A stretch of 64,000 nucleotides of DNA, taken from a virus. Its lineage: Duplodnaviria > Heunggongvirae > Uroviricota > Caudoviricetes. The stretch is from the IMG/VR virus record IMGVR_UViG_3300033073_001175, positions 1-64,000 of that record. One strand, given 5' to 3'. Numbering within the stretch: the stretch's first letter is position 1; every line of letters starts with the position of its first letter. The notes under the pieces were generated by a model that saw nothing but the letters and a program-made list of their open reading frames with translations, ran no database searches and was not told where the DNA came from. A program made the translations under genes and the position numbers. Positions 36,379 through 46,936 of the stretch are shown here, piece by piece.

Positions 36379-36625
36379 CTATTTTATGTATTTTATAATC
36401 TTCATCAAGATATTTTTGTTTTTTCATTTCAGTGGTAAATTCAAATTGGTCAATTAAGTTAGGTTCCGAACCATTTTTAAGTTCAAACTCATACATATTC
36501 TTATTAAGATATTCTAAAATCTCCTCTTCATTTTTACCTTCAAATTCGGGATATTCTTCAGTATCAATTTCAATATCGCCATAAAGTTCATAGCAACGAT
36601 AAGTTTTTTCTAATCTTATTCTCAT
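36362..36625 (-). CDS. Hypothetical acidic protein (87 aa)
   Basis: ORF only. Confidence 0.4.
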   Translation of the reverse strand: MRIRLEKTYRCYELYGDIEIDTEEYPEFEGKNEEEILEYLNKNMYEFELKNGSEPNLIDQFEFTTEMKKQKYLDEDYKIHKIDEYGR

Positions 36626-36711
36626 TTAATTACGTAATTAACGGTAAATTTATTGGACTCGTCATCCCAAGTTGTGTTATACCACCACGCTAATGTTACA
36701 TTACTTTCCAT
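36622..36711 (-). CDS. Possible very small ORF (29 aa) not in the ORF track
   Basis: MESNVTLAWWYNTTWDDESNKFTVNYVIK; its TGA stop overlaps the ATG of the downstream gene (ATGA). Confidence 0.15.
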   Translation of the reverse strand: MESNVTLAWWYNTTWDDESNKFTVNYVIK

Positions 36712-36733
36712 GTTAAAATATAATTTATTAAGT

Positions 36734-37591
36734 TTATTTAGTCAAATACTTACTCATATCCATATTCAAAATTGTATTGATTACGTCTTTAGGTACTCGA
36801 TATTCTTCATAGTCACCATTTTCATTTAAATGTACAACAATACATCCATACAATTTTATATTTTCGTATTTAGAACCTTTTAACATATCTAAAAATAATT
36901 TTCCATAAAACGGTAGTTGAGTAAAGTAGTGCCCAAGTGCGGTATCGTCTAAATGAGTGAATGGGTATTTCATCTTTTTCGTAAAATGATTTGCCTCAAA
37001 ATTTTTCTTTTTATTAGTTTTCCAATCGGTTATAACAATTCCAACTTCAGTTTTATCCTTATTAAAAAATAACCATTTTTTATCGGGTTGACCAACATAC
37101 CCTAACTCATTACTACCTAAGACAATCTCAGTGTCTAATATTATACCACCTCGTTCTTCCATTAATTGTAGGTACTGATTACCCGCAGAAATCATTGAGT
37201 CGCCTTTTAATATTTGTGTGAAATCAACTTCAAATATTGGTTCTCTTACTTCTTTATTTAAACCGAACATTTCAACCGATTTCTTTTCCAAAAAGTAATG
37301 AACTCTCGACCCCATATTAGTTGAATATGTTCCAGCATCAGCCCACTCCTTTAATAATCTCTCTTTCTCCTCTAAATCACCATTAGATTTTTTATGTGCA
37401 ATACCTTCAGAATCAAATTCAGTATAAAAAAGTTTCATAACTTTACTTACTGAAGGCCAATCAGACCTTAAATTACCCTTTTTATCTAACATAGTGTAGG
37501 TGTGAGTGTCTTCCTCAAATGTTAGTTGTAACTCTTCTTGTTTCTTTTTGATTATTTCATTAATCTCGTCTCTTATTTCGTATAGATTCAT
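36734..37591 (-). CDS. PD-(D/E)XK nuclease of the RecB/Cas4/lambda-exonuclease type
   Basis: GQPD ... IVITDWKT (D ... D/E-x-K) followed by QLPFY (QxxxY motif). Confidence 0.45.
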   Translation of the reverse strand: MNLYEIRDEINEIIKKKQEELQLTFEEDTHTYTMLDKKGNLRSDWPSVSKVMKLFYTEFDSEGIAHKKSNGDLEEKERLLKEWADAGTYSTNMGSRVHYFLEKKSVEMFGLNKEVREPIFEVDFTQILKGDSMISAGNQYLQLMEERGGIILDTEIVLGSNELGYVGQPDKKWLFFNKDKTEVGIVITDWKTNKKKNFEANHFTKKMKYPFTHLDDTALGHYFTQLPFYGKLFLDMLKGSKYENIKLYGCIVVHLNENGDYEEYRVPKDVINTILNMDMSKYLTK

Positions 37592-38487
37592 TTCATTTTA
37601 TAATAATATTCATTAATCTGTCCTCTTAAATCGCAGACATCTTTATCTTTTGGTAGTTTAACTATTTTAATTCTATCATATAATTCACCCCCATTTAATT
37701 CATTATACAGTTTGACTGCATCTTCCCAAGCATCCCCATCTAATGATATTATTATATTTTTTTTAGATTTTTTATAAATCGTTTCAAATAGTAACTGTGA
37801 CATATGTTTTCCCAGCATAGGTATACTATTAGGTAAAAAAAACCCATCAAAAACCCCCTCAACTAAAAATATATCTTTTTTCCAATCGATTAGGTGTTCA
37901 TTGAAGATTATCTTGTCTTTTTCGGCTTCAGGGTTCTTATATTTTGATTTGGTGTTAGGTGACCAACTTCTAGCGATATAATAGTTTAACTCCCCTTTTT
38001 TATCATACGATGGTACCACAATTCTACCCGCGTGAGTACCAGTATCACAAAAACCAATTCCATATCTTTCAATTATGTCATCAGTAATACCTCGGTTAAT
38101 TAGGTAGTTGTACGCCTGTCTTCTAACGGGATATACGGTTGGGGAATCTTTAAATTTCGTAAAATTAGGTGGTAAATTTAACTTCTTAAACTTTTTTTCC
38201 TTTGGTTTAAACTCTTCAGGTTGTAATACCTTATAAACTTTTTTTTGTTTTTTGTTACCGTATTTGTCAAATAGTTTACCTAACGGTCCGTGGGTATCGT
38301 TAACATCCCCACATGACCAACATTTATAAACGTGTGAAAAATAATTAACTTCTAAATTACCTTTATGTCTATCATCATCACAAACAGGACAGTCAAATGC
38401 AATTTGACCCTTACTTTCGTAATGTTGTTTTTCATCACCCAAAACTTCTCTGAGTAAATCTACTAAAATTTCCACATCATCTGACAT
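37588..38487 (-). CDS. DNA primase (zinc-binding domain + TOPRIM)
   Basis: N-terminal Cys4 zinc finger CPVCDDDRH ... CWSCGD, RNAP-like core, TOPRIM acidic motif LVEGVFDGFFL ... SLDGD. Confidence 0.7.
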   Translation of the reverse strand: MSDDVEILVDLLREVLGDEKQHYESKGQIAFDCPVCDDDRHKGNLEVNYFSHVYKCWSCGDVNDTHGPLGKLFDKYGNKKQKKVYKVLQPEEFKPKEKKFKKLNLPPNFTKFKDSPTVYPVRRQAYNYLINRGITDDIIERYGIGFCDTGTHAGRIVVPSYDKKGELNYYIARSWSPNTKSKYKNPEAEKDKIIFNEHLIDWKKDIFLVEGVFDGFFLPNSIPMLGKHMSQLLFETIYKKSKKNIIISLDGDAWEDAVKLYNELNGGELYDRIKIVKLPKDKDVCDLRGQINEYYYKMK

Positions 38488-38566
38488 GACCTAAAAATAA
38501 GATATAATATTAAAATAATCAATCTTCACAAGTTTTCAGGTCCCATTATATTTATCTAAAAAAAGA

Positions 38567-38782
38567 ATGCCTACACAAGTAACAATAAATGATGTAACGG
38601 GTGCAACACCCTATAAAGTTTATCTATGTGATGACCCAATTACCACATGCGTTTATATTACAACAACATCCACTTTACCTTACAATTTTTTTATCCCAAC
38701 CGCAATTGACGGTCAAACATCCTACAACTTGAAAATTGTTGATAATAACCATTGTGTAATAATTAAAAATTTAACTCTATAA
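38567..38782 (+). CDS. Small protein (71 aa) carrying a TGATPYKVYLC ... C module
   Basis: Paralogous to the N-termini of 40411..40725 and 38787..40409. Confidence 0.45.
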   Translation: MPTQVTINDVTGATPYKVYLCDDPITTCVYITTTSTLPYNFFIPTAIDGQTSYNLKIVDNNHCVIIKNLTL

Positions 38783-38786
38783 CTAA

Positions 38787-40409
38787 ATGCCAATATATCA
38801 GATACAAAATACAGGTGCTACAACTTACACAGGGTTTACGTTTATTGATGTATTAATTTCGACCAAAGTTTTTGACCTTCAACCGTCACTAGAGTATTTT
38901 ATTAATACCGCAGGTCCTATATCATCACCATCACCTGATGTTGTTGTTACATATTTTGATAAAGAAGCTGCCTACATTGTACTTACGGGTTGTTGTAGTA
39001 GTGAGAGACTTCAAATACTTGTTAGTTCGGGTAAATCAGGTAAATTTAGTATTGGTCAAACATTATACTTTGATGAATTAATATCTTCATCGAATCCTAA
39101 CACAGAATTCACTGATTGTTTTGAAATTACCGACATTACTAAAACTCCGCCAGGTTTACCCACATATACAATTTTTTCTTCGGTAAATTTTAGCACGGAT
39201 TCACCTTTTAAGAATTGTACTGATTGTATAAAATCAAACCCATGTTCAACACCACCAGATTGTTATGAAATATACTGTATTAGTGGAACTAATTCATTTT
39301 TTGACGATACATACTATAGTGCGGGTACCTACAATTCTCAATTATATTGGGAAGGAAATTCAAATGGTTATTTTATTTATTATTCAACTGACGAGGTTCA
39401 ATGGTGTTTATCATCATCTTTAGGTGGGCCATGTTTACTATTTGGGAAATCCCCTTGTTTTTCTATATGTCCTGACTTATGTGAAGATTTTTTTAGTTCA
39501 GGGGTTTGTCCCGCAACTACAACTACAACAACTTATTGTGAGGTTTTTGATTTTAGTGCGGTTTTTGAATGTGAGGTCTCTGAAACTTCAACACCGACCC
39601 CAACTCCAACACAAACACCGACCCCAACGATAACTCCAACTAATTCAATTTGTGCGAATGTGGATGTTGATGCAACTATAGAATTTATTCCAAGTAGTCC
39701 AACTCCTACACCAACACCAACTCCTACACCAACAAGAATAATTACTAGACCTTGTAATATAATAGGTGATGTTTCTTTTACCACGATTGAGGGTGACTTA
39801 TCTTGTCCTGTTAGTAAACAATTCCAAGATTGTATTAACGGAATGATGTACTACACTACAATGTCAGTACCGACACCTTCAGGTGATACTTTAGAACAAT
39901 ATATGATTTTTAAAGCAATGGTTGATGGTGTTTCAAAATGTATTTCTTATGTGGGTGTTAATACTGAAGTCATCGGTAATACTGAAATTATTCTAACTGA
40001 AGGTCCTGTTGGTTATTTTAATTTAGGTCAATGTATCGAATGTTTTCCAGATGTCAGTCCAACTCCTACACCAACTCAAACACCAACCACTACACCTACA
40101 TTAACCCCGACACCTACACCTTCGTTACATCAACAATTTTATGTTTACTTAGATTGTGATGTCAAAGTAATCGAGAAAGTGGGTACTTCCCAACAATTTA
40201 TTGTACAAACTTTACCTGGACCGTCCTTAAATAATACACAGTTTTTTAATGATAATATGGGAAAATGTTGGCGTTTTTATGGTATCTATCCTACTTACCC
40301 TTCATTACCTCCAGGTTCGTCAGTTACAAATTATACAGGTAATTATTTTTCATCACTGATTAGTCCTCTTTTTTACACTAATTGTATCACTTGTAAAACT
40401 TCAATGTAA
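38787..40409 (+). CDS. Putative tail-fibre/adhesin protein (540 aa) with Pro-Thr linkers and Cys-rich segments
   Basis: PT runs (STPTPTPTQTPTPTITPT; SSPTPTPTPTPTPTR; SPTPTPTQTPTTTPTLTPTPTPS); many Cys. Confidence 0.55.
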   Translation: MPIYQIQNTGATTYTGFTFIDVLISTKVFDLQPSLEYFINTAGPISSPSPDVVVTYFDKEAAYIVLTGCCSSERLQILVSSGKSGKFSIGQTLYFDELISSSNPNTEFTDCFEITDITKTPPGLPTYTIFSSVNFSTDSPFKNCTDCIKSNPCSTPPDCYEIYCISGTNSFFDDTYYSAGTYNSQLYWEGNSNGYFIYYSTDEVQWCLSSSLGGPCLLFGKSPCFSICPDLCEDFFSSGVCPATTTTTTYCEVFDFSAVFECEVSETSTPTPTPTQTPTPTITPTNSICANVDVDATIEFIPSSPTPTPTPTPTPTRIITRPCNIIGDVSFTTIEGDLSCPVSKQFQDCINGMMYYTTMSVPTPSGDTLEQYMIFKAMVDGVSKCISYVGVNTEVIGNTEIILTEGPVGYFNLGQCIECFPDVSPTPTPTQTPTTTPTLTPTPTPSLHQQFYVYLDCDVKVIEKVGTSQQFIVQTLPGPSLNNTQFFNDNMGKCWRFYGIYPTYPSLPPGSSVTNYTGNYFSSLISPLFYTNCITCKTSM

Positions 40410-40410
40410 A

Positions 40411-40725
40411 ATGACAAGTATAGATATAACATCAATAATAGGAGCAAATTTCCCATACAAAGTTTACGTTTGTAATTCTTTGGGTGGTCAGTGTGTTGAG
40501 GTTGCGGTAATAAATACCAATGTTGCACCACCTGTCATTATTTCTCCATTACCTTCCATTTTCGATAACATCCCTAAAATAGGTATAAAATTAATATCCG
40601 AATCTGATGGTTGTATTATTTTTAAAACAATAACTTGTGAATCGATACTAGTTGGGGCTAAATCATTTCAAGATGGGGAAGAGTTTTTATTTATGGATAG
40701 TATTCCTTATGATTTTCAAACCTAA
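40411..40725 (+). CDS. Small protein (104 aa) carrying the same PYKVYVC module
   Basis: MTSIDITSIIGANFPYKVYVCNSLGGQCVEV vs MPTQVTINDVTGATPYKVYLCDDPITTCVYI. Confidence 0.45.
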   Translation: MTSIDITSIIGANFPYKVYVCNSLGGQCVEVAVINTNVAPPVIISPLPSIFDNIPKIGIKLISESDGCIIFKTITCESILVGAKSFQDGEEFLFMDSIPYDFQT

Positions 40726-40754
40726 ACAAATAATATTTATAATAAAAACAAAAC

Positions 40755-41672
40755 ATGGGATTTCTTACTGATAGAGCTTTTATAACAGGGATTACTAAAT
40801 CAAATTTAATTCACTTAGTGGATGTTAACGATTTTTCACAAGGTAACCCAGATGGGTCATCATATAAAGGTTCTATCGAACAGTTAATTGACCTTCTTAA
40901 CCTTGAGTATGTAAAAATTACGGGGGACACTATGACAGGTCCGTTATTTGTTACTGATATCACAGGGAGTATTGGGACTTTTGATTATCTGAACGTATTA
41001 AACTCAATAATTACCACTAATATAACAGGTGACTCTGCAACATTTAACAGTTTAGTTATTAGTTCAACACCAAACACAGATACTCAATTAGGGACCGAAT
41101 ATTTAACACGAGATAGTATTACAGGTGAAGTTAAAATTAAACAAATTTCTGGACCTACCGTATATGGTTTATTCGCTCAAACAGGTAATAGTGTTGTTGT
41201 TAGTGCAACTACGGTTGAGTCAACATTAATAGATGGTGGAGTTGGTTCATTATTAGTACCTGCTAATGGTTTTACTGTCGGAGATAGTTTTAGAGCGGAT
41301 TTTGGTGGTCTTCTTTCGGTTAAAGGTGGTGGGGATACTGTTAGAATCAGAGTTAAGTCAGGTAGTATTATTTTATCAGATAGTGGAATAATTAATGTAA
41401 ATGCGGTTACTAACGGTGTTTGGCAAATGAATATAAATTTCACAATTAGGTCAATTGGTGGTCCAGGTGTTGCCTCAATAGTTACACTAGGTAATTTTCA
41501 TAATATGCAAACTGCTGGTGGTACTCAAGAAGGTTTTGGATTTAATACAGTTAATAACACTACTTTTGATACAACCACATCAAACACTTTAAATGTTACT
41601 GTTCAATGGGGAACTAATAATGCTTCAAATAAAATTTATTCAGATATATTTGTTTTAAACAAAATATTCTAA
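40755..41672 (+). CDS. Tail fibre protein
   Basis: ITGDTMTGPL motif common in phage tail-fibre/receptor-binding proteins; Thr/Ser/Gly/Asn-rich beta-type sequence. Confidence 0.6.
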   Translation: MGFLTDRAFITGITKSNLIHLVDVNDFSQGNPDGSSYKGSIEQLIDLLNLEYVKITGDTMTGPLFVTDITGSIGTFDYLNVLNSIITTNITGDSATFNSLVISSTPNTDTQLGTEYLTRDSITGEVKIKQISGPTVYGLFAQTGNSVVVSATTVESTLIDGGVGSLLVPANGFTVGDSFRADFGGLLSVKGGGDTVRIRVKSGSIILSDSGIINVNAVTNGVWQMNINFTIRSIGGPGVASIVTLGNFHNMQTAGGTQEGFGFNTVNNTTFDTTTSNTLNVTVQWGTNNASNKIYSDIFVLNKIF

Positions 41673-41845
41673 TCTTTAGGATTAGTTTTACCTACATTAT
41701 CGTATAATTTCATTAATCTTCTAGTCTCTCTAAGATTTTTTTCAAGTCTATCCAATTCTTTTTCACTAACACCTTTTTCACAAGCCTCGTCATAAGCTCT
41801 TTGTGATTCTGTGACTAATTTTGATATTGTTTTAAGTAATTTCAT
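41669..41845 (-). CDS. Possible antisense-oriented small coiled-coil protein (58 aa) within the plus-strand island
   Basis: MKLLKTISKLVTESQRAYDEACEKGVSEKELDRLEKNLRETRRLMKLYDNVGKTNPKD; just below the 60-aa ORF-track cutoff. Confidence 0.25.
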   Translation of the reverse strand: MKLLKTISKLVTESQRAYDEACEKGVSEKELDRLEKNLRETRRLMKLYDNVGKTNPKD

Positions 41846-41917
41846 ATATTATAAATATTACCCAAAACACCATTTATTACAAATAATACTTTTCTATATT
41901 TAATTTCAAATGGTATT

Positions 41918-42895
41918 ATGAAGGAAAAATTAGTATTTGTCACGGCTCAACCTGACGTTCCATATTTTCACTGGCAGGTTAGAATTTACGTTCAAAATTT
42001 TGTTGATTTAGGAATTGACCCTAATAAAATACATGTTGTTTTTGGTATGGTTCAAGGCAACACAGAACCAAGTGAAGAATCTTTGGAACTTACTAAGTTA
42101 GGTATTAATGTTCATTGGTTTTTAGACGATAGACAAAAAAAACATTATATCCCAAGTATTAAACCTTTTTTAATTTATAAATGGTTAGAAGAAAACCCTG
42201 AATATAGTGAGTGTTTTTTCTTACATGATGCCGATATTATTTTTAGAGAACTACCAGATTTTGATAAGTTATTAAGTGACGATGTTATATACCTTTCAGA
42301 CACGATAGGTTATATAGGTTATGATTATATCGTTAATTGTTGTGAACGATATGAATCACAACACCCGAATTCAGAAAAATATCAACTTTTACAAGAAATG
42401 TCTGATGTTGTTGGAGTTAGTATAGAAGAAATTAAAGAGAATCAAAATAACTCAGGTGGTGGTCAATACATTATTAAAAATACACCATGGGAGTTATGGT
42501 TTAAAATTTATTATGATTGTGCCCCATTATATGACCAAATGTTAGATTATCAAAAAAGATTCCCTATTAACCCTGGTGAAATACAATTTTGGACTGCGGA
42601 GATGTGGTCGTTATTATGGAATCTTTGGTATTTTGGTTTAAAAACTAAAGTGGTTGATGATTTAAGCTTCTCTTGGGCAACTGATACTATAAGTACTTAT
42701 GAAAAACATCCAATACTACATATGGCGGGTGTTACTCAGGATTTAAAGGGTCATAAATTTTTTAAAGGTGATTTTATTAATGTTAATCCTTTAGAGAAAT
42801 TAAAATCAGATATTAACTTTTTCGAGTACATCTCCCAAGATAGTGCAACTAGAAAATATATTGATATTATGAAAAGGGTTATAAAATTTCAGTAA
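41918..42895 (+). CDS. Putative GT-A-fold glycosyltransferase-like enzyme
   Basis: N-terminal beta-strand KLVFVTAQPD and hydrophobic-DXD-hydrophobic motif FFLHDADIIF at about residue 100; inference only. Confidence 0.3.
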   Translation: MKEKLVFVTAQPDVPYFHWQVRIYVQNFVDLGIDPNKIHVVFGMVQGNTEPSEESLELTKLGINVHWFLDDRQKKHYIPSIKPFLIYKWLEENPEYSECFFLHDADIIFRELPDFDKLLSDDVIYLSDTIGYIGYDYIVNCCERYESQHPNSEKYQLLQEMSDVVGVSIEEIKENQNNSGGGQYIIKNTPWELWFKIYYDCAPLYDQMLDYQKRFPINPGEIQFWTAEMWSLLWNLWYFGLKTKVVDDLSFSWATDTISTYEKHPILHMAGVTQDLKGHKFFKGDFINVNPLEKLKSDINFFEYISQDSATRKYIDIMKRVIKFQ

Positions 42896-42944
42896 TAAAT
42901 GTATTTATAAAAGAACAAACTAAAAAATAATATTTGAGTTAATA

Positions 42945-44393
42945 ATGTCTCCAACACCAACGCCGACGCCAACACAGACGCCGACCCAACAACCAAAACA
43001 AATTATTCCTAAGTTCACAAATGAATGTGAACCAATAACTTTGTTCCCTATGGGTGTGGAGTGTTTATTAACTCACCCATCACCATCATCTTCAGATGGT
43101 TCAATTTCATTAATTATTACGGGTGGTACTCCTCCTTACTATATTTCATGGGAGAATGGTAATATCGCACCTATTATTTATAATTTAACCGCAGGAACCT
43201 ATAAAGCAACCGTTATAGATTCGTATGGTGATTTTACTGCTAACACTGAATGTGTTTTAACAGGTTCCACTCCAACTCCATCACCAACCCCAACACCGAC
43301 ACCGACCACACCATATATCACTTATGATTTATGTATGGTAACCAATATACTTAAAAAGGGTGTTTACGTTCAAACACAAACAGATTTTTCACCAAATGGT
43401 TTATATAACTCAAAACCTTCGTGGATTTCAAATGACTCAACTCAAACAATATATTGGGATAGTACATTATCTCAATGGAAGGTTTCCGCATCTACTCCCA
43501 CAACGTATACAATATTTAACTCGAATCCAACATATCCACCAATATACGGTAGCTGGTTCATATTAGGTGGTACAGGTACTGTTATTGTTTATGAAGGCCC
43601 TTGTACTCAAGAAGTTGGTATGTTCGCAAATAGATTACAAACTAAAAAAGAATTAGGGTCTGATGTACAACCTTTGACGGTATTAATAACTAAGAACCAA
43701 ACAATATGTGGGTGTGACGGTGGTCTCACAATTAAAGCTAGTGGTGGTGAAACTCCTTATTCATACTCTATTAATGGTGGTCTAACTTATAGAAATATAC
43801 CAATGTTTAACAACTTGTGTTCAGGGACATATAATGTTATTGTTTCTGACTCATCAGGTAAAATTGTTAGTAATACAATATCTTTAGACTCACCATCTCA
43901 ACCTGTGACATACAATGTTAAGTTGGTTACGATACCTTCAACTATTGAAGCGAATAAGACTTCTTTAACTAAACAATACATTACAACCTTATCGGTTACA
44001 CCTTCATTACCTGATGGTGTATATCTTTCATTTAAACTTAACCATTTAAATTTATCTAAATCGTCACCTAATAGGGATTCCTCTTCTGTTAGAACTGTTA
44101 CGGTTTTAACTATTGACGATGTTGAATATTATCCGTCATCTTCATCTTCAAATGAAGATAGTATCATCAATACAGTCGCAGGATGTCAATCGGAAAATGT
44201 TTGGTTAACCTCTAATAATGAGGTTTGGGATACGATTACTCTTAACAATACTAATGATTTTAAAATTATTACTGAAACAACCGTTATTAGAAATGAATTT
44301 GTTAATTGTTATGTTGGTACAAGTGATGAAACATATAGTTTATCTAATTTGAAAATAACAGGATGTAATTGTTGTACAGTAATAACATCATAA
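42945..44393 (+). CDS. Putative adhesin/fibre protein (482 aa) with PT-linkers and two SprB-type repeats
   Basis: MSPTPTPTPTQTPTQ; SDGSISLIITGGTPPYYISWENGN ... LTAGTYKATVIDSYGDF; CGCDGGLTIKASGGETPYSYSING ... CSGTYNVIVSDSSGK. Confidence 0.6.
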   Translation: MSPTPTPTPTQTPTQQPKQIIPKFTNECEPITLFPMGVECLLTHPSPSSSDGSISLIITGGTPPYYISWENGNIAPIIYNLTAGTYKATVIDSYGDFTANTECVLTGSTPTPSPTPTPTPTTPYITYDLCMVTNILKKGVYVQTQTDFSPNGLYNSKPSWISNDSTQTIYWDSTLSQWKVSASTPTTYTIFNSNPTYPPIYGSWFILGGTGTVIVYEGPCTQEVGMFANRLQTKKELGSDVQPLTVLITKNQTICGCDGGLTIKASGGETPYSYSINGGLTYRNIPMFNNLCSGTYNVIVSDSSGKIVSNTISLDSPSQPVTYNVKLVTIPSTIEANKTSLTKQYITTLSVTPSLPDGVYLSFKLNHLNLSKSSPNRDSSSVRTVTVLTIDDVEYYPSSSSSNEDSIINTVAGCQSENVWLTSNNEVWDTITLNNTNDFKIITETTVIRNEFVNCYVGTSDETYSLSNLKITGCNCCTVITS

Positions 44394-44419
44394 AAACTAA
44401 ATAAGAATATTTATAATCA

Positions 44420-46936
44420 ATGGGTTACATTATTAAAAATACATCTGGGTTAATAAATACAAGATTAACTGACGCAGGAAGACAAAAATTATCTCAAGGT
44501 AATTTCAACATATCTTATTTCCAAATCGGGGATAGTGAAGTTTCGTATAATACTTTACCATTATCATACAATCAGTTTGATACTATGATTCTTGAACCTA
44601 ACTTTAATGCCCAAAATTCAAGTGGGGTTCCTCAATCGAATAAAGAAAATATTAAATACCCATACTATGTTGATGGATTCACGGGTAATACTTACGGTAT
44701 TCCATTTATGGATTCAATTGTAAGTCCTGTTTATAACAGAGCTGCTATGAGAGGATTCTTCACGGGTAACACCACTGCTGAGACCACATCATGGAGTGCA
44801 ATAACTAACGACCTATATGCTATTAATGCTAATTATTCAGTTAAAATGAATACGTTAAATGGTACAAATGTTATAACACCAATGTTGGTTTCTAACGGAG
44901 TTTCTTTTAGAGAACCTGCAGTTGGTGACATTGTCACTATTTTTTATGATGGTAAAGGTTTATATAATAACACATGTTCTAATTTACCTACACCATCACC
45001 TACGCCTACAATGACAGTAACCCCAAGTATTACCGCTAGTAATAACACACTAACACCAACACCTTCCGCGTCATTTACTTGTGAGACACCAACACCTACT
45101 CCATCACCATCAGCAACTTATTGTCCAACACCTACTCCAAGTAGAGCGTGTCCTCCATTACCACCGCCAGATTGTTTAACACCTATCTCTAGTTGTTATT
45201 CAATGTTAACTTATAAAATAACATCAATATGTTTAGGTGAATTTACATTAGATAGACCAACACCTGATTTTTCAAATTTATCATCAGATTGTTACGCTAG
45301 AATGATTGTTTACCCACCTAATATGCAAACAATGTATGATTCAATAACTCCCCGTCCTCATTGGAAGGATGATGTTATCAATTATGAATCAGTTTGTTAC
45401 ACGGACGCGTTCGATGTTAAAGTTTGGAATATGAATATTCCGTGGTCCGAAAGTCCTGCGGGTATTTTTTCATCTATTAATAAAGATTACACTAACTTTG
45501 GTTCTGTACAATATTTAGGAACAAAAGAATATTTTGGTTACGCTTCAAGTAGTGGTCAAACAGACACTAGTTCCGTATATCATTACGACTCTTTAGGTGA
45601 CAAAGTTGTTGTTACACCTGAAGAACAAAAAGCTATTGCGGTTATTCATTATACAAATCAAACTATTGATTTCTTCTATGGTGAAAAATTTGCATTCGAA
45701 CCTTTTGATGTTTCGAATCCTGCCGATACTACAGGTCAAGCAAGAAACTTTAAATTACATATTCCTTGGTTGATGTGGCATAAAAATCCTGAATGTTGTC
45801 TTGGTGAAACATTTTGGGTTGACCCACCTGAGTTTGAGGATTTGGATTTATTCCAAGTACAATATATCCAATCAACTAAGAACAGTGATATGAACTCACC
45901 TGGTATTAGATATTACCATTTATGGGACACTCATAGAAATACTAATAACTTACCTAATAGAATCGGTAAGGTATTTCCTGATTCCAAGATTGTTATTATT
46001 GACGATGAGGAAGTTATTGCTGCAATGTCTTATAAATCAAATAGAAACTGGACTTTACCAGCTCCTAAAACGTCATTAGTCACTCCTAATACATGTGGTA
46101 ATGATAGTAACTCAGTCACAGGTGTTTTAACAGGTAATACTCAATATATGCACGTTACTTATAGATTAAGTAATACTTCAGTATTTACAAATTCATTACA
46201 TTGTAATTATTACACAGTAATGCAAGGTCCTAACATAGATTGTAATCCACAACCTTCTCAAAACGTTGCGGTTAGATTTGGTGCCGAGTTTCCTTGTTTA
46301 CGACCTGAATATAGTCCTACAACCACAACTACAACTTTTAACCCAATTACAACGAGTACAACAACTCTTGACCCATATAGTACAACAACAACAACTTGTC
46401 CTGTAGGATGTGATGTTGTTTCAGGATTTTACGCTGACAAATTTGAAATTATATGTCAAAAAGTTGATGGTACGGGGAGACCTAATTCATCTGAGTGGAA
46501 AATAATTGATTTTACGGACCAAATATCAAATCTATTAGTTAATGGTTATATTACAGAAGAATCTTTAACAAGTACTACATTTGTAATTACTGATGACTTA
46601 TATGAAAACGCTCCAACATACAATCTAAATAATTATTTATCGTTAACTCCTGTTGGTTATACAGGTACGTCTCTAAATTTTGGTGATGAATACTATTTCT
46701 ATGGTTCATTAGAAACCGACATTCAAGCAACAATTTATGAGATGAGATATAAGATTAATTTAAGTCAAGCAGAATTTCAGGCAACCTCTAACCCAACGTG
46801 GGTACAAGGTAAACCGTCATATGTTACTGAAATTGGACTTTACGATTCCAACAAAAATCTTATGATTATATCAAAAATGCAGTCTCCTGTATTAAGACAG
46901 GGTATTCAGCAGTTTTTGATTAAATTTGACATCTAA
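44420..46936 (+). CDS. Large putative tail/adhesin protein (838 aa) with PT/Cys-rich linker
   Basis: TPSPTPT ... YCPTPTPSRACPPLPPPDC; long Thr/Ser/Asn-rich beta-type sequence. Confidence 0.55.
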   Translation: MGYIIKNTSGLINTRLTDAGRQKLSQGNFNISYFQIGDSEVSYNTLPLSYNQFDTMILEPNFNAQNSSGVPQSNKENIKYPYYVDGFTGNTYGIPFMDSIVSPVYNRAAMRGFFTGNTTAETTSWSAITNDLYAINANYSVKMNTLNGTNVITPMLVSNGVSFREPAVGDIVTIFYDGKGLYNNTCSNLPTPSPTPTMTVTPSITASNNTLTPTPSASFTCETPTPTPSPSATYCPTPTPSRACPPLPPPDCLTPISSCYSMLTYKITSICLGEFTLDRPTPDFSNLSSDCYARMIVYPPNMQTMYDSITPRPHWKDDVINYESVCYTDAFDVKVWNMNIPWSESPAGIFSSINKDYTNFGSVQYLGTKEYFGYASSSGQTDTSSVYHYDSLGDKVVVTPEEQKAIAVIHYTNQTIDFFYGEKFAFEPFDVSNPADTTGQARNFKLHIPWLMWHKNPECCLGETFWVDPPEFEDLDLFQVQYIQSTKNSDMNSPGIRYYHLWDTHRNTNNLPNRIGKVFPDSKIVIIDDEEVIAAMSYKSNRNWTLPAPKTSLVTPNTCGNDSNSVTGVLTGNTQYMHVTYRLSNTSVFTNSLHCNYYTVMQGPNIDCNPQPSQNVAVRFGAEFPCLRPEYSPTTTTTTFNPITTSTTTLDPYSTTTTTCPVGCDVVSGFYADKFEIICQKVDGTGRPNSSEWKIIDFTDQISNLLVNGYITEESLTSTTFVITDDLYENAPTYNLNNYLSLTPVGYTGTSLNFGDEYYFYGSLETDIQATIYEMRYKINLSQAEFQATSNPTWVQGKPSYVTEIGLYDSNKNLMIISKMQSPVLRQGIQQFLIKFDI

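Noticed and set aside
39533-39784. 83-aa ORF encoding (GV)n repeats
   Set aside because: It is the reverse complement of the Pro-Thr linker coding sequence of 38787..40409, so it is an artefact of the low-complexity DNA.
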